Shown in pieces: positions 10,218 through 18,947 of a stretch of DNA of 64,000 nt. Numbering within the stretch: position 1 is the first letter of the stretch; every line of letters starts with the position of its first letter. This DNA is from a plasmid: the sequence record AP025670.1. One strand, given 5' to 3'. Position numbers and translations under genes: made by a program. Below the pieces are notes generated by a model. The model did no database searches and was not told the origin of the DNA. It saw only the letters and a program-made list of their open reading frames with translations.

Positions 10218-10874
10218 TTATTTCAAAACGCTACTCAGGAAATGAATAGCCGGACGGTACACAGGGAATGACATAGCCCACAAGGCCGCGCACATACAGA
10301 AGAACGAGACAAAATACGATATCTTTGTCCAGTAGGTGAAAACCACCAGCGCCTGACGCCCTCTGCCCTTTACAACGAATCGCAGCAGGCTAACAGCGGT
10401 TGTGACAATGAGAAAAATAACTTCCGGCAGAGAGAACAGCGTCAGACCCAGCAACAACATGTCGCTTTTCGTATCATAAAAAAGCAATTTTGCCATTTTA
10501 GGGTCAACATCTACCAGTTTCCCATAAACAGGTTCATTAGCCACAGAAGCCTCTGTATCGCTCTGTATGAGGCGCTTTAGATCTTCCCTACCCATACCTG
10601 CTAAATCAGCTGTCATGTACTCTATGTAGCGCATATGCGCCTTATCGTTCGTTCCGGGCACGTTAACCAGTAATGCCGTGGTATCCGGCTTTTCCCTGTC
10701 CCGTATCACAGATACCCAGTTGGTATTGTAAGGGGCGACCCGAGAGGCCATGAGGTAGACACGTAAATCATCACTACGAGTGACGGCCTGACTACCTATA
10801 ACTGCGATGAACACCATGACTATCAGTGTTAGCCAGTAGCTCCAGAAAAACCATTTAGATAATCTTGATGCCAT
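10218..10874 (-). CDS. membrane protein, hypothetical
   Basis: 218 aa with 4-5 hydrophobic segments. Confidence 0.45.
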   Translation of the reverse strand: MASRLSKWFFWSYWLTLIVMVFIAVIGSQAVTRSDDLRVYLMASRVAPYNTNWVSVIRDREKPDTTALLVNVPGTNDKAHMRYIEYMTADLAGMGREDLKRLIQSDTEASVANEPVYGKLVDVDPKMAKLLFYDTKSDMLLLGLTLFSLPEVIFLIVTTAVSLLRFVVKGRGRQALVVFTYWTKISYFVSFFCMCAALWAMSFPVYRPAIHFLSSVLK

Positions 10875-10891
10875 TCCATTCCCCGACAGTT

Positions 10892-11254
10892 TTAGCGGTG
10901 TGCGTACTGGTTGTTCACCCTCTTTTTGTTGGTGCTTTTAGCGAGTTTCTTCCTGTATTTCACATGAGAATTTCGGGATATGCAGGTGATCAGCGTTGAT
11001 TGACATACAACAAATATAAACCAATTAGTGAAGAAATATTTTCTCTCTTCTTTGCACTCATAATACATTGACGTGACGCGCATAAACTCAGTGAGGATAA
11101 TATCCACCCCCCTCACCTCTTCGGTGAAGAGCTGCGCCTTTGATAATTCTTCCAGTAATCCATAGGTGCCACGGAAACCACGCTCTTTCCATCGTTCCTG
11201 AGCGTGCCGGGTAATGACGAGTGTATTGACATCGAGAAAGCTATTTTCGTGCAT
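10892..11254 (-). CDS. hypothetical protein (N-terminal ITRHAQERWKERG motif; C-terminal third is low complexity)
   Basis: 120-aa ORF. It is preceded at 11281-11325 by a conserved promoter copy of the TTAGCC sub-class. Confidence 0.35.
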   Translation of the reverse strand: MHENSFLDVNTLVITRHAQERWKERGFRGTYGLLEELSKAQLFTEEVRGVDIILTEFMRVTSMYYECKEERKYFFTNWFIFVVCQSTLITCISRNSHVKYRKKLAKSTNKKRVNNQYAHR

Positions 11255-11406
11255 GAATGAACCCTCTTAACGTGTAGTAATGATTAAAAGGCTAACACCG
11301 CACGGAAAGGGGTCGAATAGGATATCGGTTAAAAAATATACAGTTAAGAGTTAAAGAAAAACCGCCGATTAAGCGGTCTTGTTTGGGTATCTTTAGGATA
11401 GGGAGT

Positions 11407-11664
11407 CTATGCCTTTTTTCGTTCTTCAATAACGAATTCAGCGGCACATACCAGCGTTTCATGAGTGATACCATAGTTAGCATCATGTGAGCTGATCGCA
11501 TGTTTCAGGGCATCACGAGCAATTTCATCACTAATCTCTTCATTGTTAAAATCTTGTACAGCAGCTTTGACATCATCGGAATGCCAGATAATTGTACCAA
11601 TCTGTTCATCTTGATTTTTGTATTGAGAAAGATGAGCGATGATTTCTTTAACTGTACCGTACAT
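11407..11664 (-). CDS. small acidic hypothetical protein
   Basis: The start is taken at MYGTVKE, which has an AGGAG ribosome-binding site 7 nt upstream. A promoter copy lies at 11773-11785. Confidence 0.45.
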   Translation of the reverse strand: MYGTVKEIIAHLSQYKNQDEQIGTIIWHSDDVKAAVQDFNNEEISDEIARDALKHAISSHDANYGITHETLVCAAEFVIEERKKA

Positions 11665-11790
11665 AGTGATCTCCTGATTTTTCATTTAGGACAGCGGTTG
11701 CGTTTAGCTCTGGCTGTCATTGATTGTTTGTATCAGTCTTGCTGATGTAGTTATTTTCCCACGGAGGTAAGGGCGGTCGAATAGTCAAAA

Positions 11791-11830
11791 GCAAAATAGT
11801 TTTATAAAAAAAAACCGCATTGGGCGGGCT
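11791..11830 (-). terminator. rho-independent terminator
   Basis: On the minus strand, the GCCCGCCCAATGCGG hairpin is followed by a run of 9 U, just downstream of the 11856..12368 gene. Confidence 0.45.
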
Positions 11831-11855
11831 TATTTTTGGTGCTGTAGGAATGTAG

Positions 11856-12368
11856 TCAGAAGGTTTTCATGACAGACCCACAGCACGGGCATATCTTGCT
11901 TTGTCCTTCCTCAGTTAATACCCTTAAAAGTATTTTTCTCAAAATCCCCCATAGGCACAGACGAACGAGAGTAATGGAGATTGCAAAGCATCCGCCGTAC
12001 CCTACCGCCGCGTTAGTGATAACAGAGTAGTATTCCTCCCCTATTACCTCTTTTGCCAGTGGCTCCGCTTTCAGGGCGTTAACAGTAACCATGTAAAAAA
12101 AGCGCAGGTGTTCGGCAAGGTACACAGCAGTAACAAAAATGATAATTGTTACCGTGGCCTGAACGAACACGAGCCGGTTAATGCCGTGGCGAAGTTCCAT
12201 TATCAGCGCCAGCATGAGCGATCCAGAAAAGGCCAACTCAAGCGGAAAGGGCTTTTGCAATCCTGAAAGGTAGATGGTCAGCTCATGAAAGAAAAGGGCG
12301 CAGCCTCCCGCGCTTAACCCCACCAGCAGAAAACCACGCCAATATGCTTTAAATGAAAAATTCTTCAT
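11856..12368 (-). CDS. membrane protein, hypothetical
   Basis: 170 aa, multi-pass hydrophobic. Confidence 0.4.
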   Translation of the reverse strand: MKNFSFKAYWRGFLLVGLSAGGCALFFHELTIYLSGLQKPFPLELAFSGSLMLALIMELRHGINRLVFVQATVTIIIFVTAVYLAEHLRFFYMVTVNALKAEPLAKEVIGEEYYSVITNAAVGYGGCFAISITLVRLCLWGILRKILLRVLTEEGQSKICPCCGSVMKTF

Positions 12369-12378
12369 AGGCTCAGGC

Positions 12379-13029
12379 TCAATTGCTGAGAGAGTTAATC
12401 GTTACTTCGGGTTCATCGCCCAGTTCAATCATATTACCGAAGCCGTTCAGCAGGACAGGTCTGCCGTTCTGAATGGTGGCATGGGTTCGCCACCCTTCCC
12501 CGCCGTTCTCCCCCCAGCGGGCTAACCCCTCCGAGTCCATCTCTTGCTCACTGGCAAAGAAGGTTGCGCCGGGCAGCTTTTCAGCTGACAGATTAATGGT
12601 TGGATCAGCCAGCACACAGATACCGTTTTGCGTCATGAAGTACATGAGGCGTTCTGCCTTTTGCTCACAGCTGATAACAAAGCCGTTAGGCATGAGACGC
12701 GTTGTTTTGCTCGTGACGCAGATCAGATTATCCACCTTCTCACACCCTGCCATTAGCAGTATTTTCACATCAGCGGAAACATACACCTCGAGCAGCGCAG
12801 ACAGTACATCTGCTTGCTCAGGGATGTTGGCAGTAAGTGTTTTGGTTTTCCCGGCCACATCGGTATCGACAGAGGAATGGGTCATAATCTCTCTCAGTAC
12901 CACGCTGCCCGGCGATTCTGGGTCAATCCATGAATCGGACGGGTTAGGCCGTGACAGAGCGCTTATCCATGCTGAGGGAGCGTTACCGTCAAAAGTGAAG
13001 GTGAGGGTTGCCGTGCTATTAGAAGACAT
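12379..13029 (-). CDS. hypothetical protein
   Basis: 216-aa ORF, 11 bp upstream of the 11856..12368 gene. A promoter copy lies at 13098-13135. Confidence 0.45.
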   Translation of the reverse strand: MSSNSTATLTFTFDGNAPSAWISALSRPNPSDSWIDPESPGSVVLREIMTHSSVDTDVAGKTKTLTANIPEQADVLSALLEVYVSADVKILLMAGCEKVDNLICVTSKTTRLMPNGFVISCEQKAERLMYFMTQNGICVLADPTINLSAEKLPGATFFASEQEMDSEGLARWGENGGEGWRTHATIQNGRPVLLNGFGNMIELGDEPEVTINSLSN

Positions 13030-13140
13030 AGTGATTTCCTCCAGTGTGGATGCTGCGAGCTATTACGATTAGCCTCGATATGATTACAAGGTGTTATGCG
13101 ATAAAAATTATCCCATGAGCACCATAGGGGTCGAAGATTT

Positions 13141-13250
13141 TGAGAGATGAAATTCGAAAGAGATTTACAGGATTTCAAGATGAAATCTAGCCTTGTTAAT
13201 CACTAAAATCAGTAACTTAAACGAAAAGTCATTACAGGATAATTAGAGAT
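13141..13250. repeat. parS: parS-like centromere copy A: palindrome GATTTCA-AGA-TGAAATC in an AT-rich context
   Basis: It contains the P1 box-A heptamer ATTTCAC/ATTTCAA in inverted orientation, as in the P1 parS core (ATTTCAAGGTGAAAT). It lies just downstream of parB. Confidence 0.55.
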
Positions 13251-13254
13251 AAAA

Positions 13255-13282
13255 AAACCCGGATTAACCGGGTTTAGAAGGT
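13255..13282 (-). terminator. hairpin terminator after parB
   Basis: AAACCCGGATTAACCGGGTTT stem-loop with a T-run on the minus strand. Confidence 0.45.
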
Positions 13283-13299
13283 TTCCAAAATCAGACAGG

Positions 13300-14286
13300 T
13301 TAACTATCTTCTTCGATGACAGACCGGATAAACGCGTCAATTTTTTCATGGGCTTCTTTGCTGATGCGACTGAACTCATACGTAAACTTTCGCGCTCTGG
13401 TATCTGATTTTTTACGCGCGTATTTACGCTTATCGTCATACTCTTTTAGCGTTTCAAAAACAGGTTTTTCTATTACCGGCTTGTTTTCCAGCGTTGAGAA
13501 ATTGCTTTCAAAAAGCTTCATAACGCGTTCTTTGTAAAGGTCTGGTTGCAGGGACTCTTTTTCTAATTCTTTTGCTGCAAGAACGACATTCGCTACGAGG
13601 GTATCTATATCAATCTTTTTTTTCTCTGCCTGAATAGAAATATTCAGAAGAATTTTATAATCAGCGAATACCAGCAACGACTGAATAGGGAAAACAGAAA
13701 CCATCTTTTCGGGAACTGTTGCAGCCTGAATGGCACGGGAAACGGCAGCGGTAGACATGTTTTGCCGTTCCGCAATATCCTTCTGCGTTATACCCTGATC
13801 ACGCATAGCGATGAGAGTCATCCCTACTTCACGGATGTTATGCTCTTTTGCTGTCTGTATCTCAGCTGCGAGCTGGCGGGCTTCTTCGGCGGTCATCTCA
13901 CTTTTAGTGTACATAACCCGGAGGCCAACACCACAAAGTAATGCAGCTGCACGACGGCGTGACCCATCAAGGATTTCAATCCGCCCTTCCACCAGCCGAC
14001 CAATGGCAGGAAAGAACTGTTGGTTTTGCAGTGTACTGGTGATGTCTGCAAGGGATTCCTGTGTCAGAGCGTTTTGGTCACGCCCGTTAATTTTGGGGTC
14101 AACGTAGGTGCGAGTTTCAACCTGCTCGGCTGTGATAGTCTCAGTTTGAAACATAACCTTTCTGCCTGATTTCAGGACAAAGCGGAGACTCTCGCCAGAG
14201 GCAGCGGATAATGGAACGTTAATCCCGGAAAGAGGTGATTCGCTAAATGTTCTTCCGAGAACTTCTCTTGGTTTTTTCTGGGTCAT
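13300..14286 (-). CDS. parB: partition protein ParB (P1 type Ia centromere-binding protein)
   Basis: 328 aa. The block NGRDQNALTQESLADITSTLQNQQFFPAIGRLVEGRIEILDGSRRRAAAL matches P1 ParB (NGRDQASLTPKSLKSIRSTIKHQQFYPAIG...KIEILDGSRRRASAIL), and the C-terminal ...RKFTYEFSRISKE matches P1 ...RAFSYEFNRLSKE. Confidence 0.85.
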   Translation of the reverse strand: MTQKKPREVLGRTFSESPLSGINVPLSAASGESLRFVLKSGRKVMFQTETITAEQVETRTYVDPKINGRDQNALTQESLADITSTLQNQQFFPAIGRLVEGRIEILDGSRRRAAALLCGVGLRVMYTKSEMTAEEARQLAAEIQTAKEHNIREVGMTLIAMRDQGITQKDIAERQNMSTAAVSRAIQAATVPEKMVSVFPIQSLLVFADYKILLNISIQAEKKKIDIDTLVANVVLAAKELEKESLQPDLYKERVMKLFESNFSTLENKPVIEKPVFETLKEYDDKRKYARKKSDTRARKFTYEFSRISKEAHEKIDAFIRSVIEEDS

Positions 14287-15488
14287 GCGGCACCCCTCAA
14301 TAGCTCAATACGGTCAAACACGGCACGGGAAAAGTCCTCAGCTGCAACACGGGCGGCTCTTAGTGCATCCTGACTGCCTGCATACGTTTGAGGGTTCGCG
14401 CTGATTACGGTGTCAAATGATTCTCCGCAGCGTTCAAACCCCTCCAGACGAGGGAGTGTGGCATCGAGCATATCCGCGCCAAAAACATCTCTCGCAAAAC
14501 TATGTGTCTTTTTGTGGTCATCTTTATTTGAGACTTTCGACATATAGCCGACATTGGCGATAATTTTGCTTGGTAAACCGGAGTCCTCCAGCATCTGAAT
14601 CAGCTCAGGCAGTCGAGTGAGGTATTTCAGTGTTGAGTGGAAATCCACTTGCGGAGGCGGTACAGGGGTCATCAGCATGTGACTTGCCGCTAAAGTATTA
14701 ATCAGGAACGGATCTAAATGAGGGCCGGTATCCACAAAAATGAAATCGTAGTCGTCGCTGATTTTGTCGATGATATTCTCATTTAGAACGTTGTGCTCGT
14801 TCATGCCCGGAAGGTACTGGCTGCATAGAGATGACCAGCGAGAGGCGATAAACGCATCTTCTATTGATGCAGGGATGATATCAACGCCCGGCACGATAGA
14901 AGGCTTAACGAACTCATTCAGAATTTCTTCACGGGTCAGGTCTTTATTGAGCATGGCCTGAGCACTGGAATTATCGACAGTACCGATACTATGGTGATGG
15001 TTCAGGAACATGGTTGAGGACGATTGAGGGTCGAGGTCAATAACAAGGATGCGCAAGTTTTCATGCAGCAAGGTGGGATGGGTACGCATACCATGCGCCA
15101 TCGTCACGGTGGATACGGTTTTTGAAACCCCGCCTTTCAGGTTAACAACAAAAATAACGAACGCTTTTCCGCGCTTTTCCCGGTAGGTTTTTATACCCCG
15201 GTGCGCATAGATATCGCTGATGTTCTGAATGGTCATAGCATACTGAGTGGCAACGCCCCCATGACGTTTTCCGAACTGATAACCATTTGCCTCCATTTCC
15301 TCAACGGCATTATCTACAGCGCGTTTGGTCAGGTGCGGCATTTTTACGACGGCGGCTTTTGAATACGTTTTATAGAACTCCGTCTGGTCAAGCTCATCCC
15401 TTTTAGATTGGATCTGGTCGGTGAGCCAGTTAAGCATGATGCTGGCACGCTTACCCGTGTCCAACAATCTGTCAAAATTATCTGACAT
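14283..15488 (-). CDS. parA: partition ATPase ParA (type Ia, long N-terminal HTH extension)
   Basis: Walker A motif VVNLKGGVSKTVSTV and a length of about 400 aa, like P1 ParA or F SopA. It overlaps parB by 4 bp. The start is taken at MSDNFDRLL. Confidence 0.85.
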   Translation of the reverse strand: MSDNFDRLLDTGKRASIMLNWLTDQIQSKRDELDQTEFYKTYSKAAVVKMPHLTKRAVDNAVEEMEANGYQFGKRHGGVATQYAMTIQNISDIYAHRGIKTYREKRGKAFVIFVVNLKGGVSKTVSTVTMAHGMRTHPTLLHENLRILVIDLDPQSSSTMFLNHHHSIGTVDNSSAQAMLNKDLTREEILNEFVKPSIVPGVDIIPASIEDAFIASRWSSLCSQYLPGMNEHNVLNENIIDKISDDYDFIFVDTGPHLDPFLINTLAASHMLMTPVPPPQVDFHSTLKYLTRLPELIQMLEDSGLPSKIIANVGYMSKVSNKDDHKKTHSFARDVFGADMLDATLPRLEGFERCGESFDTVISANPQTYAGSQDALRAARVAAEDFSRAVFDRIELLRGAA

Positions 15489-15639
15489 ATGAACCCCTTT
15501 GATGTGTTGTTTTTTTAGGATTATATCAGAAATATCGACACGTTCTAGTTTTTGCAAAACTACAAACAACATCATACGCAGGAAAAACGGTCATTCAGAT
15601 GTTATACAACCATCATTAGAGGCTTATATAACATCTATT

Positions 15640-15735
15640 TAAGTGTCATTTGAATGTCATTTGAGTGTCATTAAAGGGTGATATGAGCTTTGTTTGACTG
15701 TCATTCGGATGTCAATTAGACGTCATTCAGACGCA
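15640..15735. promoter_or_regulatory. six direct repeats of about 11 bp (TGTCATTTGAA x3, then TGTCATTCGGA / TGTCAATTAGA / CGTCATTCAGA) in the parA upstream region
   Basis: Read directly from the sequence. The period of about 10.5 bp puts the sites on one face of the helix; this is a candidate par operon operator. Confidence 0.4.
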
Positions 15736-15883
15736 AAATCGAACATCCGTTAAGTGCTATTGATAAGCAAACCATGAGTAATGGTATGATTTTGTTTGCT
15801 ATTTGTTGTGATATGTTCTTTCTGTGTGCTGCTACTTCTATCCCTTGCCTTTCTGGTAAAACTGATATTTTAAGGCGTAGCAT

Positions 15884-16207
15884 TCACGCCTGAAAGAATG
15901 CTTTCTTTAAGAACAGGTAAAAACGTCCACCAGCATCAAACATGCACAGATTTTCTTCAATGAATTTTTCAACTTTTTCCGTTGGTGCGGTCTGATAATG
16001 ACGGATCAGACGCAGCTTATTTGAGAGCGCACGTATGCGGTTTGGGTTATGGCTGATGCGAGAATGAATACTGCTGGTTGCAGCACAGGACACCGCGAGA
16101 GCCAATTCGGTCTTATAGGCAGCTGCTTCACAGGCGACAACCTGAGTACGGGCAGTAGCCTTTGCTGAGGGGCTGAGGTCTTGATAGTAATTAAGTGTAT
16201 CAATCAT
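15884..16207 (-). CDS. hypothetical protein
   Basis: 107-aa ORF upstream of the par promoter region. Confidence 0.35.
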   Translation of the reverse strand: MIDTLNYYQDLSPSAKATARTQVVACEAAAYKTELALAVSCAATSSIHSRISHNPNRIRALSNKLRLIRHYQTAPTEKVEKFIEENLCMFDAGGRFYLFLKKAFFQA

Positions 16208-16380
16208 TATTTATTTTTCCTTAACCAGAAACCATGTTGTGACAATCCACTCGGGTATTGCATTTTTTCTTGGATTGATTTTATCACTGGCAAAGAGATG
16301 CCGAAGCGAACAGGGGGATAGAGTGCTTAACAGAGATGGCTGTATGCGTTGTGATGTGACCGGGGATATGTTCAGGCACA

Positions 16381-16520
16381 AAAAAACCCGATACGGGATC
16401 GGGTTAATTTGTCTCTAAATGAGAGGGATAAAATTATTTCATCTGCAATGTACTGGTGAGGTAATTGCTGATGTTTACTACGTACTGTCAGTACCTGCCA
16501 ACTGATTAAAGATTACCCCC
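16381..16520 (-). ncRNA. candidate antisense sRNA (IstR/Sok-like) antitoxin
   Basis: On the minus strand, -35 TTGACA (plus-strand 16534-16539), 17 nt, then GTAATC. The transcript would carry the reverse complement of 16485-16504, which is complementary (1-2 mismatches) to 16695-16713 inside the divergent toxin mRNA leader. It ends at the hairpin plus T7 terminator at 16381-16410. Confidence 0.25.
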
Positions 16521-16548
16521 TTATCGTTATTTATGTCAACCGAAATAC

Positions 16549-16576
16549 TTCGAGGGGGGAGCGGGCAAGGTATAAT
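16549..16576 (+). promoter_or_regulatory. sigma70-like promoter for the toxin mRNA (TTCGAG, 16 nt, TATAAT)
   Basis: A perfect -10 TATAAT at 16571-16576. Confidence 0.4.
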
Positions 16577-16787
16577 ATTCTCAGTAGGCAGATTGTGTAT
16601 CTGCGGTATGTCTCAGGTTTGATGGGTTACGACGCAGGTTTCCATCCCGATCAGAAACAGGTGGTGCTGTCTGATTTGCTTCAACCTGAGAGTGCTGTCA
16701 GTTCCTGCCAACTACAGGTGCGCGGGGTGATGGGAAACCCAAAAGCAATCGCTCCGATGGCACACTCTCCATCAAAGGAGAGAACGA

Positions 16788-16883
16788 GTGGTAACTCTGG
16801 CAACTATCCTGCTGGTTTTGCAGATTGTGCATATCAGCTTGCAGATTATCGTTGTGATCAAGCAACTGACCCGTAGCCGGTAG
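16788..16883 (+). CDS. candidate type I toxin peptide, 31 aa (TisB/DinQ-like): VVTLATILLVLQIVHISLQIIVVIKQLTRSR
   Basis: GTG start 7 nt after a strong SD (AAGGAG at 16775-16780). The product is a single hydrophobic helix with a basic tail. A rho-independent terminator follows at 16899-16932. The locus is in the position that hok/flm occupies after psiA in F-like plasmids. Confidence 0.4.
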   Translation: MVTLATILLVLQIVHISLQIIVVIKQLTRSR

Positions 16884-16898
16884 TGATGGTGAAGGGAA

Positions 16899-16932
16899 CT
16901 TGAAACAAGGCAGAGGCTGACCCCCTCTGCCT
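16899..16932 (+). terminator. rho-independent terminator
   Basis: GGCAGAGGCTGACCCCCTCTGCC hairpin followed by TTTTTCG. Confidence 0.55.
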
Positions 16933-16938
16933 TTTTCG

Positions 16939-17661
16939 TTATGCCGGTAGTGCCAGAGGAAGGGCTGAGCGACACAGGCACAGGTCGCGCTCGCTAGATG
17001 TGCTTATCACGTAATCCAGTTCATTAAGCAGGTCATACAGGGTATCGCACCAGCGCCAGTCTGTAGGGGCAGAAGCAATCCAGAATGCACCCCACCAGCG
17101 AACCAGTATATTTCTAAGTTCCCAGTCACTGACACCAGCCATTTCTAATTCGTCTCGCCAGTGAGCCAGCCACGCCTTATGTTCCCCCGGCAGGCAAAAT
17201 TGCAAACCTACCCATACCGCACTTTGGGCATTTTCAGACGCAGACATTTCTTCGCGTTTTTGTTTTTGCTCGCGGCGGGCACTCCGGGCAGTGGCGATTT
17301 TCTCCCGATGACTTATTCGCTGATGCTCACCAGACTGGACAGCCGGGAACATAGCAGTGATAACCGCTTTTGACAGGGGGATGATCCACGTTTTCCCCCT
17401 GCTTTCTATTATCGTGTCGATAGCCCGTATGTAGTCGGTCTTTGTGGCTTCTCCCCGGTAGCTGGGGTTATATGCCGGGTCAACCTGTCGCACATGAGCG
17501 GACGTGATCCCCGCCTTCCCCGTGAACTCACGGAAAAAGGCTTTTGCATAGGGATATTCGCCTAGTGAACGCCCGGCTTCTGTCCGGGCTTCAATGTAGG
17601 CAATGGCAGACATGGCGCACTGCTGGAGTCGGTTTAGAGGTACAAGCGCGGTGGAAGCCAT
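16939..17661 (-). CDS. psiA: PsiA-family protein
   Basis: 240 aa with an N-terminal MASTALVPLNRLQQCAMSAIAYIE...YAKAFFREFTGKAGITS pattern, as in F PsiA (239 aa). Its start overlaps the stop of the upstream psiB-like gene (ATGA), as in psiB-psiA operons. Confidence 0.55.
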   Translation of the reverse strand: MASTALVPLNRLQQCAMSAIAYIEARTEAGRSLGEYPYAKAFFREFTGKAGITSAHVRQVDPAYNPSYRGEATKTDYIRAIDTIIESRGKTWIIPLSKAVITAMFPAVQSGEHQRISHREKIATARSARREQKQKREEMSASENAQSAVWVGLQFCLPGEHKAWLAHWRDELEMAGVSDWELRNILVRWWGAFWIASAPTDWRWCDTLYDLLNELDYVISTSSERDLCLCRSALPLALPA

Positions 17662-18176
17662 TACGACACCACTGATTCATTTTTGCGGTTAGCAGTGGCA
17701 GATTCCCCGCGCCCTGCTCTGCCGGGCGGAACGTCTGTGGCAAGATGCCCGTGACCTGAGCGCGAAAGCAGTTCCAGAAAGTCAGTGTCAAACGTCGTGT
17801 CTACTCGGATATTTGTTAAAAACTCCAGACGGAAAGTTTCGTTCTTATAATCGCCCGCACATAAAAACCCGCCTTCCTGTATCAAGAATCTTGTCTGGCA
17901 ATTCAGGTCTTGCTGTCCCTCAATGAACAAGGACAGATCCGAAGGGATGTAGACAGGAAGCCCGAGCCACTCAGAAACAAAGCAGCGCCCTTTCAGCCCA
18001 TAGGTATTGTGTGGTCTGTAGAAGAACGGGAATAGCTTTTGTACTAACTCGCCGGTACGCGGGTCGTTAAATGTCAGGAACACACCAAAAGGCCCGGATT
18101 TAAGTACCTCGATAGCCTCCAGCATTGTCAGGGATACAACGTGCTGAGGATAATTCAGGCGGATGGTGTTAGTCAT
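17661..18176 (-). CDS. PsiB-like protein (tentative)
   Basis: 171-aa ORF immediately upstream of psiA and translationally coupled to it. Its sequence similarity to F PsiB is weak. Confidence 0.35.
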   Translation of the reverse strand: MTNTIRLNYPQHVVSLTMLEAIEVLKSGPFGVFLTFNDPRTGELVQKLFPFFYRPHNTYGLKGRCFVSEWLGLPVYIPSDLSLFIEGQQDLNCQTRFLIQEGGFLCAGDYKNETFRLEFLTNIRVDTTFDTDFLELLSRSGHGHLATDVPPGRAGRGESATANRKNESVVS

Positions 18177-18447
18177 TGCTGATGTGCTCCTGAGTGGTGT
18201 AACTCTTTTTTTCGCCGGGGATTGTATCGAGCTTGTTTAGCTCTGCATCGTAGATAATCGCATCACCGGTCGCTGATTCGTGACTACTGATAAGGCTGTA
18301 GCCGACCGTCTGTAACTCTTCGTACCGATAGTCAGCTATATGCTGTGAGTAGGCTGTTCCCCACGAACTATTGTTGCGCTCTTCAAAGCGTGAGGCGCGG
18401 TAGTGCTGTTTTAGAAATTCGTAATGCTGTTCTGGCGTAACCATCAT
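18169..18447 (-). CDS. hypothetical protein
   Basis: 92 aa. A promoter copy lies at 18481-18512. Confidence 0.4.
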   Translation of the reverse strand: MMVTPEQHYEFLKQHYRASRFEERNNSSWGTAYSQHIADYRYEELQTVGYSLISSHESATGDAIIYDAELNKLDTIPGEKKSYTTQEHISND

Positions 18448-18521
18448 TCCCCCCGGAGATGTCTGTTTTATCTGAGATGAATTATCTCACGGGGGTAAAG
18501 GGGGTCGAATAGAGAGGGGAG

Positions 18522-18947
18522 TTAAAAAATCATGACGGGCAAATCTGGATCAGCGACAAACATCTCAACGACGAGTTTCATTGCATCCTCACGCACAGGA
18601 CACCACGGCGTATCTGTCGGGGTAATGTAGTATTCAGGCTTCCCATCATCTGACCACAGGATGTGCTCGATATGCGCGGTCGTGTAATGATTCTGGTATG
18701 TGCCGAAGCAATGGACGTGATCCCCGACTTTAAATTTTGTTTCTGTCCCTGCTGGTGGGAATTGAGCAAGCACAAGATTATTAGCGGGATACCACTCATC
18801 ATCACAGTCAGCCCGCGTCACCCGGTACATATCAAGCCCATTTTCCTGAACTATCTCTACAACTGTTTTCAGGCCATAGCAACGGCCAACATAACGCTCT
18901 CTCAGGTAACAAAAGACCAGACTGCCTATCTCTATTTTCTCGTTCAT
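18522..18947 (-). CDS. hypothetical protein
   Basis: 141 aa. A promoter copy lies at 18984-19013. Confidence 0.45.
   Translation of the reverse strand: MNEKIEIGSLVFCYLRERYVGRCYGLKTVVEIVQENGLDMYRVTRADCDDEWYPANNLVLAQFPPAGTETKFKVGDHVHCFGTYQNHYTTAHIEHILWSDDGKPEYYITPTDTPWCPVREDAMKLVVEMFVADPDLPVMIF

Noticed and set aside
12473-13072. 199-aa plus-strand ORF.
   Set aside because: It lies entirely antisense to the minus-strand gene at 12379..13029, which fits the operon and promoter pattern. It has no ribosome-binding site.
16595-16876. 93-aa ORF overlapping the candidate toxin locus.
   Set aside because: It has no ribosome-binding site and a Gly/Ser-rich composition of non-protein character. It overlaps the SD-equipped 31-codon peptide frame, so at most it is a mok-like leader frame.
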